Below are positions 1 through 12,900 of a DNA stretch of 64,000 nucleotides, piece by piece. Below the pieces are notes generated by a model. The model was given only the letters and a program-made list of their open reading frames with translations. It was not told the DNA's origin and searched no databases. A program made the position numbers and the translations under genes. This stretch comes from Paramecium tetraurelia (taxonomy: Eukaryota): assembly GCA_000165425.1 (NCBI GenBank), contig CT868552.1, positions 186,001 through 250,000 on the forward strand, written 5' to 3'. Position 1 is the stretch's first letter; every line of letters begins with the position of its first letter.

Positions 1-516
1 CTGACTTTTTTAATCGTTGTTTAATTCTGCTTAAAATTTGATCTAATCAGTCTCTTTGGTTAAGAAACTTAAACTCGATAATCTTCTCAATTATGGTCTT
101 TTTTCATTTACTTATATATTTAAGTTTTCATATTAGAGTTTGTCAAATTTATTTCTTTCCTCTTACATAATTTTAAAATCGTTGTGATCTCTAGCATATT
201 TCACTTCTTAATTTTTTACAATTGACAATCTTTTTGAAACTTTATTAAGTATTCCTCTCATTGAAGACATCTTATCAAACTCTTCCTTTTTGCGTTTCTA
301 TTCTCGAATATAAATAATTTAATCTAATAAAGCCTTTCTTTGCATTTGATTTTCTAGAAATTTTAATGCTTTTGAAACCTATAGAGGATCAAAAGGATTT
401 TTGAGTTCTTAAATGGCTTAATTCAACATATCTTTGTTTCTTTTTTGTTTAAGTAGATGTATTTTTTGAGAACAATTATATTTAGTCTCTGAAGTAGGAG
501 TAAGTGATTTTTACAT
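1..516 (-). CDS. Hypothetical charged/helical protein, 3' end outside the window
   Basis: Ciliate-code open frame from ATG at 516 (MQKSLTPTSETKYNCSQKIHLLKQKRNKDMLNQAIQELKNPFDPLQ...); an alternative start Met lies at ~429. Confidence 0.6.
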
Positions 517-528
517 ATTAATTTTATA

Positions 529-1781
529 ATGAATTAACAAAAGCCTCCATCAAATTCAACGAAAAAAATAGATTAATCTGTTTCAACAATTACTAGGAAA
601 TCACAATCTGCATCAAGAAAAGATTCATCTTTTTAATAGGCTGCTGTCAGATAAGTCTTAGTAGGCGGACAACCAGGAGTAATATAAAATTTAAAATTCC
701 AAAGGATGGGTTATGGTGTTATTCTTAAGATTAGCCTTAAACAAATCTGGCTAGTATAAAGGATATTGACACACAGATGAATTAAAAGTTCAAGTAAATT
801 GAATCCAATATTGAATCAGAAATAGTGGAAACTTTAAGATAATAATGTCATTAGTTAGGGTTAGATTTGGAGAATGTGAATGTTTAGAATTAAAATTTAA
901 AGATTGATATCGCTTAATAAAATAAATACATAGATTAATAAACCAAAAAGCTTGAAACAGCAATGAAGGAAATTGAAAATTTAAGGAATGTTAAAGCATC
1001 TCTTTAATCTTAATGTGACACAATTAAAGATCTCTATAATAAAACTAAAAGGGATTTAGCAGGAGTGACTTAAGAATTAGAATAAGAAAGGAAAGAAAAT
1101 GAAGAGATGACTCAATAGATGGAAAAATTATAAGGATTATATTAAGAAATGTAAAAGGCAAATAAAGCAGAAGTTGATAATCTGAGAGAGCGAGTAGAAG
1201 AATTGGAAGAAGAGAATGAGGAATTTAAAAGAAAGTTATAAATAAAAGTTGAAATAGATAAGAGATTGGATTAAGAAAGTATGGAATGATTATTAATAGG
1301 AACTATCCAATAGAATTAATAGAAGTTAAATTTGGTATCTGAAAATGAGAGGAAATTAGAAAGAATGGGTAAGCTATTGGAAGAAAATGCTACTTTAAGT
1401 GAAAAACTAGGAGAGAGTGAAACATTAAGAAGACGATTTATGGAGAAAAATAATCAATATGAAAAAGAAATTAAAATTGTAAACCATCAAATTTATATTG
1501 TTTAGCTTGTAGAAAGCAAATTAGAAGTTGAAAAACAAATGGTAGCGTTAAAAAAAAGAGTAAATGATTTATAAGTAATGAAATCAACTAATCAAAAAAT
1601 ATTGGAAGATAAAATCAATAAATTATAAGAGTAATGTACTTAATAGCAGAAATAAATTGAAAAAATGAATCAAAAGTCAAAAAGAAACTAAACCTAATAA
1701 ATCCATCATCAGCAAAACTAAGAGGAGGAAACCTCAGATTATGAAGATGTTGAATCTAAACCATAACTCTTTGGGGCTTGA
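529..1781 (+). CDS. Coiled-coil protein
   Basis: ATG 529; 26-nt intron gtaatataaaatttaaaattccaaag (~679-704) and a second intron at ~1479-1505; E/K/Q heptad-rich sequence; TGA 1779-1781. Confidence 0.75.
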
Positions 1782-1812
1782 TTAAAAGAATCTTATTTTT
1801 ATAAATATAATT

Positions 1813-3039
1813 ATGTTATCATAGAAGGAATATTAAAGATTTACTCAAACTCAGCTATCTGAAGATCAATAAAATTTAGATACTAGTGCGTATTTTGAAT
1901 CACCATTATGCAGCAATAATCGATAGAGTATTAGAAATGTCTAAATTAGAGAGGTTCACTTTTACTATTGAAAACTCTGTTTTGAAGTCTTAAATTGACA
2001 ATCAACCAAAATCTTAATCCTAAAATAAATATTCTCTACCTACCCACGGGAACATCTAACTTCCCTTAAAAAAATCTTACATACTCCAAGGAGCACTCTC
2101 AAATCGAATACTTAGAATGAAATAAAAAAATAAACTATAAAAGAGTCAAAGCCAAATTTAAGCCATGTAGTTTCCGAAGTTTAATAATAAGATTCGAAGA
2201 CGAAGTGGTTGTGAACTCCTTAGTGACAAATAAGTAATCACATTTCACATTATTAGGTTAGACTAGCCACTCTGTATCCAATTACTTATATTGCCTTTCA
2301 TTAATAATAGAAGGAAACTAAAAGAAATGAAATGAGAAAGAAAACTATCTTTAAAAGAATGTCAAGTATTTTAATCAAACATTCAAATAATTTAAAATCT
2401 CAATCTAATTTAGGAATTTCTTAATAGAAAATTATGGATGAGATTCATACCAAATTGGATGAGAAATCATCCCATATTATTCTTAATTAATTTTAAAAAT
2501 AAATTGGATGCTTAAAAGAATCTTAGGACTTGTTAGAAAATATGGAGAATTCTGAAAAACTCTTGCTTTTATAAGAAGAACTTAAAAGATATTCTTAATC
2601 TTTAAATAATTCACCAATTATTAAAAGGAATTCTAAGAAATAATCAAATGAGAGATTTTTTGATTCTTAAAAAGTCGTCCTAGATATAAGTAAGAAATAA
2701 CGCAAAACCTTTACTTCTGTTCAAAATTACATAAGTGAACGTTCACAATCTAATCAAACTAAATCTGTTGGTGTAATCTAGAAATAAATTCACTTTAAAT
2801 ATCAAAATTTGTAAAGTCTAACAGAAACAGATACTTCTTCCCCAGTCAAAATAAAAACCACATAAACTGCTCGTCATTTTACGCATATCAAATCTCTATC
2901 AAATCTCCCGGATATAAAGGAAGTATAAACTTAAAGAATAAATAGTAATAGAATCTAAAAAATAGCTGAAAAAGTCAAAAATGTATACATATTTAGTCCT
3001 AGCAAAAATAAATAATTTTTAGATAAAATAAAAATGTGA
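1813..3039 (+). CDS. Hypothetical low-complexity S/Q/K-rich protein
   Basis: ATG 1813, open in ciliate code with small introns (e.g. gtaatcacatttcacattattag), TGA 3037-3039; first intron uncertain. Confidence 0.55.
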
Positions 3040-3573
3040 AAGTTTTTGTACTAATTAACATATTTTTAAATCTCTTAATTTATCATAAAATAAAAGTTTA
3101 GAGTTTTCACCTTATATACATCTAAATTATTATAATTTATTTTATAAAAGGTGTTTCAATATATATTCTCAATGATGTGTGGTAGAAGTTATATTAATTT
3201 ATTGGCTGAGAAATAATTTGTGATTGTGTCGATTTTTGTTTATTTGGAAATACCTTTTTTATTCTAGGTATTCAAAGATAAACATGATGATACATACTAA
3301 ATTAAGAACTTGGTTCTTATTATTATCCTCACAATTGTTCTATAAAATTTTTGTTTTCTTAAATTAAGAGGATTACTTCAAAAGGGATTAAATATTTATC
3401 AAGAAAAAGGTAAATTAAGGGTAGTTATTGTCTTTGTGAAGAGAAATAGTTAATTAATGAGGGTTTCAAAAGGAATGAATTTAAATTAATTTGATCATTA
3501 TTTTTATTAAAAAAACAAGAAGGTCAAATGGGACTGTAAATAATTATTTTTAAACCATATTAGAGATCTAAAG

Positions 3574-4008
3574 ATGAGACTTCTTTTAAGCAACACATTT
3601 ATGTCACTGGTTGTGGTTGTGAATTTAGCTTTGGTTTCATATTTGAAAGAAAACGATGGAGGTGATTATACTCAATTTTCATATATAACAAATATTAGCA
3701 CATCTGATCATGATAAATATAGAAATTACTTAAACCTTGCGATTGCTGCCTTTGTTTTAATGCTAGTAGGATTTCTAGTAGGAATGGTCCAACCATTTTT
3801 GAAATAAGCAGCGCTTGCTTATGTGATGGCATTGTTGATATTAACAGGATATGTATGTCTATTTGCAGGAGTATTCATAAATGACACCTTCTAATACAAT
3901 TTTTCTGATGGAAAATCGTATAATTACAGTCTGGCATCATTCTTTGGAATGGGAGGAGTTTTTATCTAAGGAATGGTAAATTCTTGGAGATAAAGATCAG
4001 TTGAATGA
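3574..4008 (+). CDS. Small membrane protein with ~4 TM segments (144 aa)
   Basis: Intronless ORF when TAA=Gln; four hydrophobic segments (LVVVVNLALV, LAIAAFVLMLVGFLVG, LAYVMALLILTGYVCLFAGVFI, LASFFGMGGVFI); TGA 4006-4008. Confidence 0.75.
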
Positions 4009-4126
4009 ATATTAATAGTTTATTCAATATATATAATCATATTTCTGAGTTATTTTGTAGTTTGATCAATATTTAAATGCAACTATTTATCATATTATTA
4101 TAATTTTTGTATCATTTATTATACTA

Positions 4127-5524
4127 TCATTTTTTCTTTCTTGAATTACTTTCAGAATCAATACTTTCATCACTTCCATCTGATTGTTCCTCAACGTCTC
4201 CCTCTTGAAAATCGTCATCATCTTCATCTGAATCTAAATTATTGAGGTCCGCATTAGCTTTGTTCCTTTGATTATATAAAATAAATTAACTTTTTGCTTC
4301 TACTATCATCATCGTCGTCTTAATCACTTTCGCTCAGCTACACACGAGGGAGTTCCTCTTACAGTTTTCTAACAGCTATCTTTTTGGTGGATAAATATTA
4401 AGTTAAATTATCTAATTCATCCTTTTCTATACTAGAAAAAAGTTGATTTGAATTTTTATATATTACTTTAACATCAAAGAACTTATTCAAATTTGTTTAT
4501 CCGATCTAAAAATTTATCATAAAATATACTCTTTGAAAAATAACTTCCTTTATTTCCTCGTGTTTGATGTGTAGAACAGGCTTTTGTAAATATATTAGAG
4601 ATTTCTCTAATGGGAATAAAAATCCAGAATGAGGACCAACAGAGCATCTCAAACAACATAACCCATTTTTGGTTTTAAAATTTTTAGGTGTGACAACCTT
4701 AATTCCTGTTATTTCAGATAATAATTCGCATACTGTGTCATATAATGGGCCTGAGTATTCTTCTTTGATTTCTTTCCATCCAATTTCATCTAGTTATTGC
4801 CTCTAATATTTTAATTTAATTTCATTTTCATAATCTTTCTTAAATTGCATAACTAAGTAATTATAAGCTGTCTATCCTTATTTGAAAGGATGTTCTAGTC
4901 CTATTACAAGTGATAAATTAATTTCATCAGGCATGGGCAATAAGAAAAATCTTGAGATGCCCTTGTAATCTGTTGTGAATTAATAAGTATTTCCATGAAA
5001 TCGAATATCCTTTTTAAAGAAATCCATAGTGTAACGCCCTCTTTCGAAAATTAATATATCAATTACCTTGGTACAATCAAAGGAACATCATTAATGGTTA
5101 GAATCGAGTCAGCACTACTCTGTCCAATTTTCGCCTTTACTAAGATTTCATTCTATAATTGTTATTAGAATGTTGGTTCTTCGTCTTCTTCTTCATCAAC
5201 TTTTTCCTAATCCGAATCCGCATCTTATTTTTTTTTCTCTTGTTTGACTTTCTAATTTGATTTCAAATTTTACTTATTCTTATGGAGGAATGAAAAATCT
5301 CACTTCGCATAACATGTCATCACTAATTAATCATTGCAGCTATACTTTTCGCCACATTCCTCAGTTGTCAATTGCAATACGATGTCATTTTTCTAGGTAT
5401 TCGAATTAACCACTTTTTTGAGTGGTAATTTTATTATGTTGCTTGAATTATATCTCAGCGATAAATTTTTGTCATCGACTGAAACTGATCCCCAGTTGAT
5501 CCCTTTGGTACATTGATCTGACAT
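4127..5524 (-). CDS. SSRP1: FACT complex subunit SSRP1/Pob3 (no HMG box; N-terminal PH domain apparently absent)
   Basis: Motifs CTKGINWG, RGRYTMDF, ISRFFLLPMPD, LEHPFKQGQTAYNYLVMQF, CLRCSVGPHSGFLFPLEKSLIYLQKPVLHI; acidic C-terminal tail; several ~25-nt introns. Confidence 0.9.
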
Positions 5525-6950
5525 TTTAAATTAAATAATAAACTTATATTTGGGCGCATAAAAATTCAATATTTGTGATGAGGAATTTTCTTAAACAAAT
5601 TTATATGTTTTTTAACGGATCTCACATCATCCATATGACTCTCTATCCAATTAATATTCAATCTGAAATGATTCACGCAAAACAACGCTGCTTAAAACTT
5701 TAAATGATATTTAAATTTACTACTCAACTCGAAATATTATCTTCTAACATAGTTAATAAATTCAAGCTAAGGCCTTATTAAAACTATGAAATCTCTCTAA
5801 AATCTAAGACTATTTTCATATAAAATAAAGTATCAACGGTTTTCTACATGAATTAATCTACTTTGTCTTTATTATAGATTTATCATTCTGTGAACTAATT
5901 ACTATGATGTTATAAAAGATAAATTATAATTTACACCTAAGCATCTTTCTCTCTAAAGATAATATTTCACTGTTAAATATTATTTTGCAACTCCTTAGCT
6001 ATATAGATAGTATTACTTCCTAACACAAGTCATCAATGTATATTGGATTTAAATAAACAAATGATATACATCACGAAATGTGTTCTATAAATATTGATAA
6101 ACCAATTCAATTACTTTGAAATTGATTCTTCAAGATAATTTTAAACTATTTCATCATGTTCCAATCCAATCCTCTTTCTATCTTAATAGCATATGATAAT
6201 TTTTTCTCTATCTCATTTCCAAATTTTCATTTAAGTATTGATAAATTGAAATTCTCAATATTAAATAGGATTATAGTAAAAAATCGTTTGTTCGTCCTAA
6301 TGGTATCTTAAATATTTCTCGATTAATTTCGATAAAATTCAAATTAGAAATATCCTATAAGGTTGACGTAACTCGATTCCTAGAACTCAATATAAGATAC
6401 TTACATTAATCAATTGTATTGTGTTTGTAACAATTTTTAGTTCAGAAAAATTTATAAATTAACGAATATAATGAAAAATCTTAACCAAAATTGAATACAA
6501 GTGAAAAAGCAATAAAAGAATAATAATTGTCTAAGATTTTTTCCAAGTTTTAGATTTAAACATATTGAATGAAGATATTTGGATTAAAATTATGAAATAA
6601 ACTAATTAATTAGTATTTGTAATAATAATTTGGGGTGTTATTACCGATTAAATTTACATATGTTTGAGTTTGAGAATAAACATCAATTAAATATATAATA
6701 AATATTAATATCCATTGATTATCAAATATATTAGATTCTAGCAAATGATTATTAAACTTATTAATGCCTTTATTCCAATTAACTTAAACTCCATTCTTTA
6801 AAATTTACTATTTAATATCTTCATATACATATAATTACAAAATTATTAATTAACATAAATCTAAAGAATTATTTATATATTTCAAATATTAACATTCCAT
6901 ATAGCATATGAATTTGGAAATATATTTAATAAATTATTTAAGCTTATAAA

Positions 6951-9900
6951 ATGGATCTAATTGTTTTTGTATTTTTTCTTTTACAATCCCATTTAGATAA
7001 AACAATTAATATCTCATGTGAATGTGCTCATATTATCGAGGAACATAAATGCAATAATTCCCAAAAATGTTTATGGAATAATATGAGTGAAAAGTGTTAA
7101 ATAAATTTGAATGCTGAAACTTAAATTCAAAGTCTATCATATTGTTCATAATTTGTTGAGGATGAATGCATTTTAAATAAAAAGTGTGCATTTCACTTAG
7201 GAAAATGCTAAGAATTTACAAAATGTGAAGACTTATTGAAAGATAAATGCCTATCATCATCGTATTGGTGTATTTCAAATGGATAAATTTGCATTCCTAA
7301 GAATGAATGCCAAGAATATATAAATAAAGTGAGTTGTCAAAATAAAAATATACATGGGAAATATTGTATATGGAAAATAACAATTGATGGTCCTAAATGT
7401 TTAAATGTTGAAAGTTGTGAAGAATTGCCTTAAATCTTAAATACAGACAATGCTTGCAGAGAATAAATTAACAATTGCACAACATCTAATTAAGGTGGAT
7501 GTATGAGATCAAAAGATTATTGTAATATGTATACTTTAGAGGAGTAATGCTTTTAAACTTATTAGAATGTTAAATGTTTTTGGGAATAAAAATTAAAGAA
7601 ATGTTTTGAGAAAAATTGTTCTAATAAATATTTATAAATTCATCATGAATGTTAAAATTTTTTATCAAATTGCACCACTGATGGCACTAGATGTATTGAT
7701 AAATCATCATGTTAATAATATTAATAATAATAAGGGTGTGTAATAGATAATCTTGGAAATCCTTGTATCTTTTATTAAGGATAATGCTATTATAAAAATT
7801 GTGATTAGGCCCCAATAACAATAAACTCAATGCTTTAATGCTAATCATTTGATAATGGCAATTAAGTCTGCGTATCAAAAAAAAACGGAGGATGTAAAAA
7901 CAAACCGAATTAATGTGATTAATTAGAAACGTAAGATTCTTGCCTAATCACTAATTAAGTAGCTGGCAAATATTGTATATGGGATGAAAGAATATAACAA
8001 TGTAAAGTTAAAGAATGTAAAGATGCTCCTCTAAATTTTGATCATAATTAATGTATATAATGGCTGGATGATTATTAATGTATAAGTGGACAAGGAAATG
8101 GCTGTATTGATAATTTTCAAAATTGCAATGACATTAAGAATCTAAAAAGTTGTGTGAAAAATAAAAATAGGAAGTAATGTATTATTGAAAATGATGAATG
8201 TTTTGAAGAAGAATGTCAGAGTTTTAAATATCCTAAATACGATACAGATAAAAAATGTTCAGATAAATTAAGTATTTGTACTTACAATTATTTAACTAAA
8301 AGTTGTATTAACAAAGTATGTGAAAATTTATCAGATAAAGAATGTAATTATGATTTTGAAATGAATAAATGTACAATTCCGTCTGGTTGTTCACATAAAA
8401 GATGTGAGTCAGCTTCATTTTATTTAAGTTCTTATGAAGATTGTTAAAATTGGGATATTAGATGTACAATAAATATAATTGTGACAACAAGTATGCTATA
8501 TATGAATGGTTGTATTACAAAATATATGGATTGTCACCAATTTAAATATTAACAATAATGCACATCAACATTACAAGGAATTCCTTGTTTTTGGAACAAT
8601 GAGATAAAATTATGCGAATTTTAAACTTGCAATAATGCTCCTGTCTCATTAAATACAATATCTTAATGTTAAGATTGGGTTAAGTACCACACTTAGAAAT
8701 GTGTTAATAAACAGAATGGAGGATGCATTGAATAATTTCCTTAATGTTTGTAATTGACTGAAGAATTGTAATGTACTATAGGTTCATTGAATAATTTATG
8801 TTTTTGGAATACTTAAACAAATAAGTGTGAAGATAGGACTTGTATGAATGCAAGTACTAACTTAAAATCTAATTTATAATGTAGATAATGGCTATCAAAT
8901 TGTAAATTAAGTAAGTCTGGATTAGGATGTGAAATTGATTCTGGAATATATGATTTATGTACTGATGCACCAGAGATACAATAGTTTAGTACTCATGAAG
9001 AATGCTAAGCATGGAATCCTAAATGTACACTTAAATTAGGATCTAGTTGTGCAACTAAATTAAATTGTGAAAGCTATTAAACTAACACTGAATGTTTAAC
9101 TGATATCAATAATTAACCATGTCAGTGGAATGGAACAAACTGTTATACAAAGAAGTGCAGTGATATTTCATCTATTCCCACTACTGCTGATGATTGTTCA
9201 AACTTTTCTCCTTTATGTACAATTTCAACTGAAATTGTTACATGCTAAGATAAGAAACCAAATTGCAGCGATTATAATAATAATATGTCTGATTGTAAAG
9301 TTAATTCTGCAGGTTAAAAATGTTCAGTGGACACTTTAACCTCAAGTTCAGGTTCAGACTCAACCTCAAGTTCAGGTTCAGGTTCAGACTCAACCTCAGA
9401 CTCAGGTTCAGGTTCAACCTCAACCTCAACCTCAACCTCAACCTCAACCTCAACCTCAACCTCAACCTCAGGTTCAACCTCAACCTCAGGCTCAACTTCA
9501 ACTTCAACCTCAGGCTCAAAGTCACATACAGGTTCACCTACACGTTTAGCTTCTCGTTCAACATCATCTTAAACTTAAACTTTAACTTGTGTAGTTGCAA
9601 AATATTTAACACAAGTTCCATATTATATTTATAGTTGTAGCTATGAAAATAAGGATAAAGGATTCCTATATTAATATTTTGACCCATTAAAAACTTGTAT
9701 TGAAACTCCTTAAACTTGTGATTAAGTTCCGAAAGATTAATGTGATATAATTGCAACAATCAACAATGAGATATGCTCTTATAATGGCACCCAATGTGCA
9801 GTCCTCAGTTAAATATCAAATCCATTGGAAGATTGTAGAATAGAATATTCATAGAATAGTTAGCGTTAATGTAAACTTTATTCGAAAACTTGTGAATTAG

Positions 9901-12900
9901 ATTTTATTCAATATAATCGCTGCACTTTTACTTCTTGCTTAAATGTTTTACAAAGTTAATGCGATTTAATTACTTTAAACAATAATATTTAATGCGTTTG
10001 GAATAATTCCACATGTCAAGTCAGAACTTGCAATTACATCAATGAAGAACCTCAGTCTGTTGAGTAATGCATATAATGGTTAGATTCTTGCTCCTATGAT
10101 TAAACAAAAAAGAGTTGTACCGATAGGACTTCGTGTTCTTAAGAAACATCTGAATTGATATGTAACAAAGTATCATATATCAATCCATAGGGGTAAAAAA
10201 CATATTGCTTTTGGAATTCAAATGGTTGTTCTGATATTACATTATGTTCATAAATTTATGATCCAACGTCACATTAAATGTGTCAATAAAAATTGCCAAC
10301 TTGTACATCTTAAACATCCCCCTCAAACACTGCTACCTGCATTGAAATTCCTTCTTTTTGTAATTAGATTCAAAATTAAAATTAATGTATTTGAGATTCT
10401 AAATTTGAAAGATGTATTTGGAGTTATGAAAAATGCTTTTGATTATTTTGTCATTTTAGAATTTTAAATTCAAACCGTAATTTATTTTAAATTTGCAAAA
10501 ACAGACAATTATATTGTGTGTATAATCCTTTAAGATCTCAATGTGAGGAAATAAGTTAATGCTAATTGATTCCTAACTAAACAATTGATGCTTAGAATTG
10601 TGTAAATTTTAGTTTACTTTGTAGAATAAATGAATAATATGATGGTTGTGTTAGAAATACAAAATGCTCATGAGCAACTACATACTTTCAATATAAATGC
10701 GATTCCTTTCTTCTGTATAAGAGATGCCGAGAAAAAGAGTTTATTTATAGTTGTTAACCTTTTGCTTAATTTTGTTAAGATTACAAAAAATAAGAAAACT
10801 GTAAATTCGATTATCGATAAAGTGAATGTTACTGGGAGGCTAAATTAAATCAATGTATCAATTTTTTATGCAACGAGATTGATTAGTTAGTTTAAACCCA
10901 TTAAGATTGCTAATAAATATCTTCAGATTGTACTATTAACATTTAAAATTCATAATATTCATGTTAAAATTTACTTTAATGCAATGAATATTAAGATGAA
11001 TATTAATGTGTTATCAATTTAAATCATAAGATATGTAGTTGGATAGATAACAAATGTATTTTTGATAACTGTAGGAATTCTGCTAAAAATATGATTTATG
11101 ATATTGGATCATGTGAAAATAATTATGGTAGTAATTGCACAATAAATGAGGATAGATCTGGATGTATAATTAAATACAAAATATGCAAAAATTACAATTA
11201 ATTCTAATGTTTAACTCCTGATCAAAGAAATTTATCTGGATTACTCTGCTTTTGGGATTAAATCAATTAAATTTGTTCAGAACTAATTTGTGACTAAGCT
11301 CCTTAAAATTATAATTAATTATTTGAATGTTAATCTTTTAATTAGAATTGCTAACCTTCTTAATGTAGATAATCGAAATGTGAAGATTTTAAATACAACA
11401 CAGATACGAAATGTTAATCTGTACTTTCAAATAGTTAATGCACTACAAATGGTTTCTAATGTATTTAAAGAAAATAATGTGAAAATGCCATCTATTCTTC
11501 AGGATGCACTTACTCAATTGATTTTTAAGATTGTTAATGGTTAGAAGAGGAAAATTAATGTGTTCTCAAATCCTGTGATTCTGCGCCTAATAGCATTTAA
11601 ACTCATTAATAATGTTAATAGTATTTCCAAGGATGCACTGCAAAACTGAATGGAGGTTGTAGTTAACTGACAACATGCAATTCAATATCAACCAAAGAAG
11701 GATGTCTAACTGATTAATTTAACATGAACTGTTTATGGGATGAGGATAAGAAATAATGTATTTATCTATAGTGTGATACTATTTGTGGAGATGGAATTGC
11801 AGGATTGAATGAAGAATGTGATGATGGAAACTTATTACCTTATGATGGGTGTTATAAATGTAAAGTATAATGTTAATATGGATGTAATGTTTGTGAGTCT
11901 AAAATCTGTTTGGATTGCTCCATTGGTTATGAATTAAGTTCAGATGCTTAATGTTATGAAATTTGTGGGGATGGCTTAATTAATGGATAGGAAGAATGTG
12001 ACGACATGAATGAAATCAAAGAGGATGGCTGTTTTGGCTGTAGATTTTAGTGTCATAAACAATGTCTTATATGTTCTTAAGGTTTATGCTAACTTTGTTA
12101 AAAAGGTTGGGAATAATACAATAATTAATGCAAATCTGTTTGTGGAAATGGTCAGTTAGTTGGGGAATATGAACAATGCGATGATGGCAATAATGATGAT
12201 TTTGATGGTTGTGATGCTAATTGTAAGGTTGAAGAAAATTGGATTTGTAATTAATCATAAATTACTGGACTAAGTGAATGTATAAATTAAGTAGCACCAA
12301 AAGTGCTCTTTGAGAACCAATCTTAAAAAAGAGATAGTGAATAAATTATTATGATGTAATTTAATTAATAAATAAAGTTGAAAATGCTTTGCAATTTAGA
12401 AGATTATATTAAAATTAATGTAACAAAGAATGTAAACTTTGATTACACTATAGTTCCTATTAAATAAGCTACACCAACATTAACTAATGTTTAATATAAA
12501 ATATAAATATCGTTATTAGAATCAGTTGATGAACCTTTTGCTACTGTTTCATTTATAGAATCAATTCTTATTAATAATCTCAATCAAGAGTTAATTGTGT
12601 TATCTAAAACTATAAGTTTAGGTAATCCTTTAATTTTATCCCTTGATGCAAAGAATCGATTAGATAGTGCAATATAATTTAATGAAATTATGATTTATGT
12701 CTTTATTGCATCTTCCACTCTATCAGTATTAACAGGGAACTTTGATTTATTTTTCAACATGCTGGCACTTTTGTAACAATTGTCTTATGTAAGATATTTA
12801 GCTGTGCCATACCCAAGTCATCTGGAGCAGTATTTAAAAGTATTTAAAATAATCTCATTTTAACCTTTATATGATAAATTACAGATTGATTATTATTTCT

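Noticed and set aside
9301..9634. Overlapping (LR)n and (LN)n ORFs, or a CRISPR-like array
   Set aside because: Alternative frames of the TCAACC coding repeat; no repeat-spacer structure
10387..10411. 25-nt GT..AG that could splice out the first internal TGA
   Set aside because: Removal shifts the frame and destroys the conserved Cys/Trp register, and I found no compensating intron; disfavoured but only RNA-seq can exclude it
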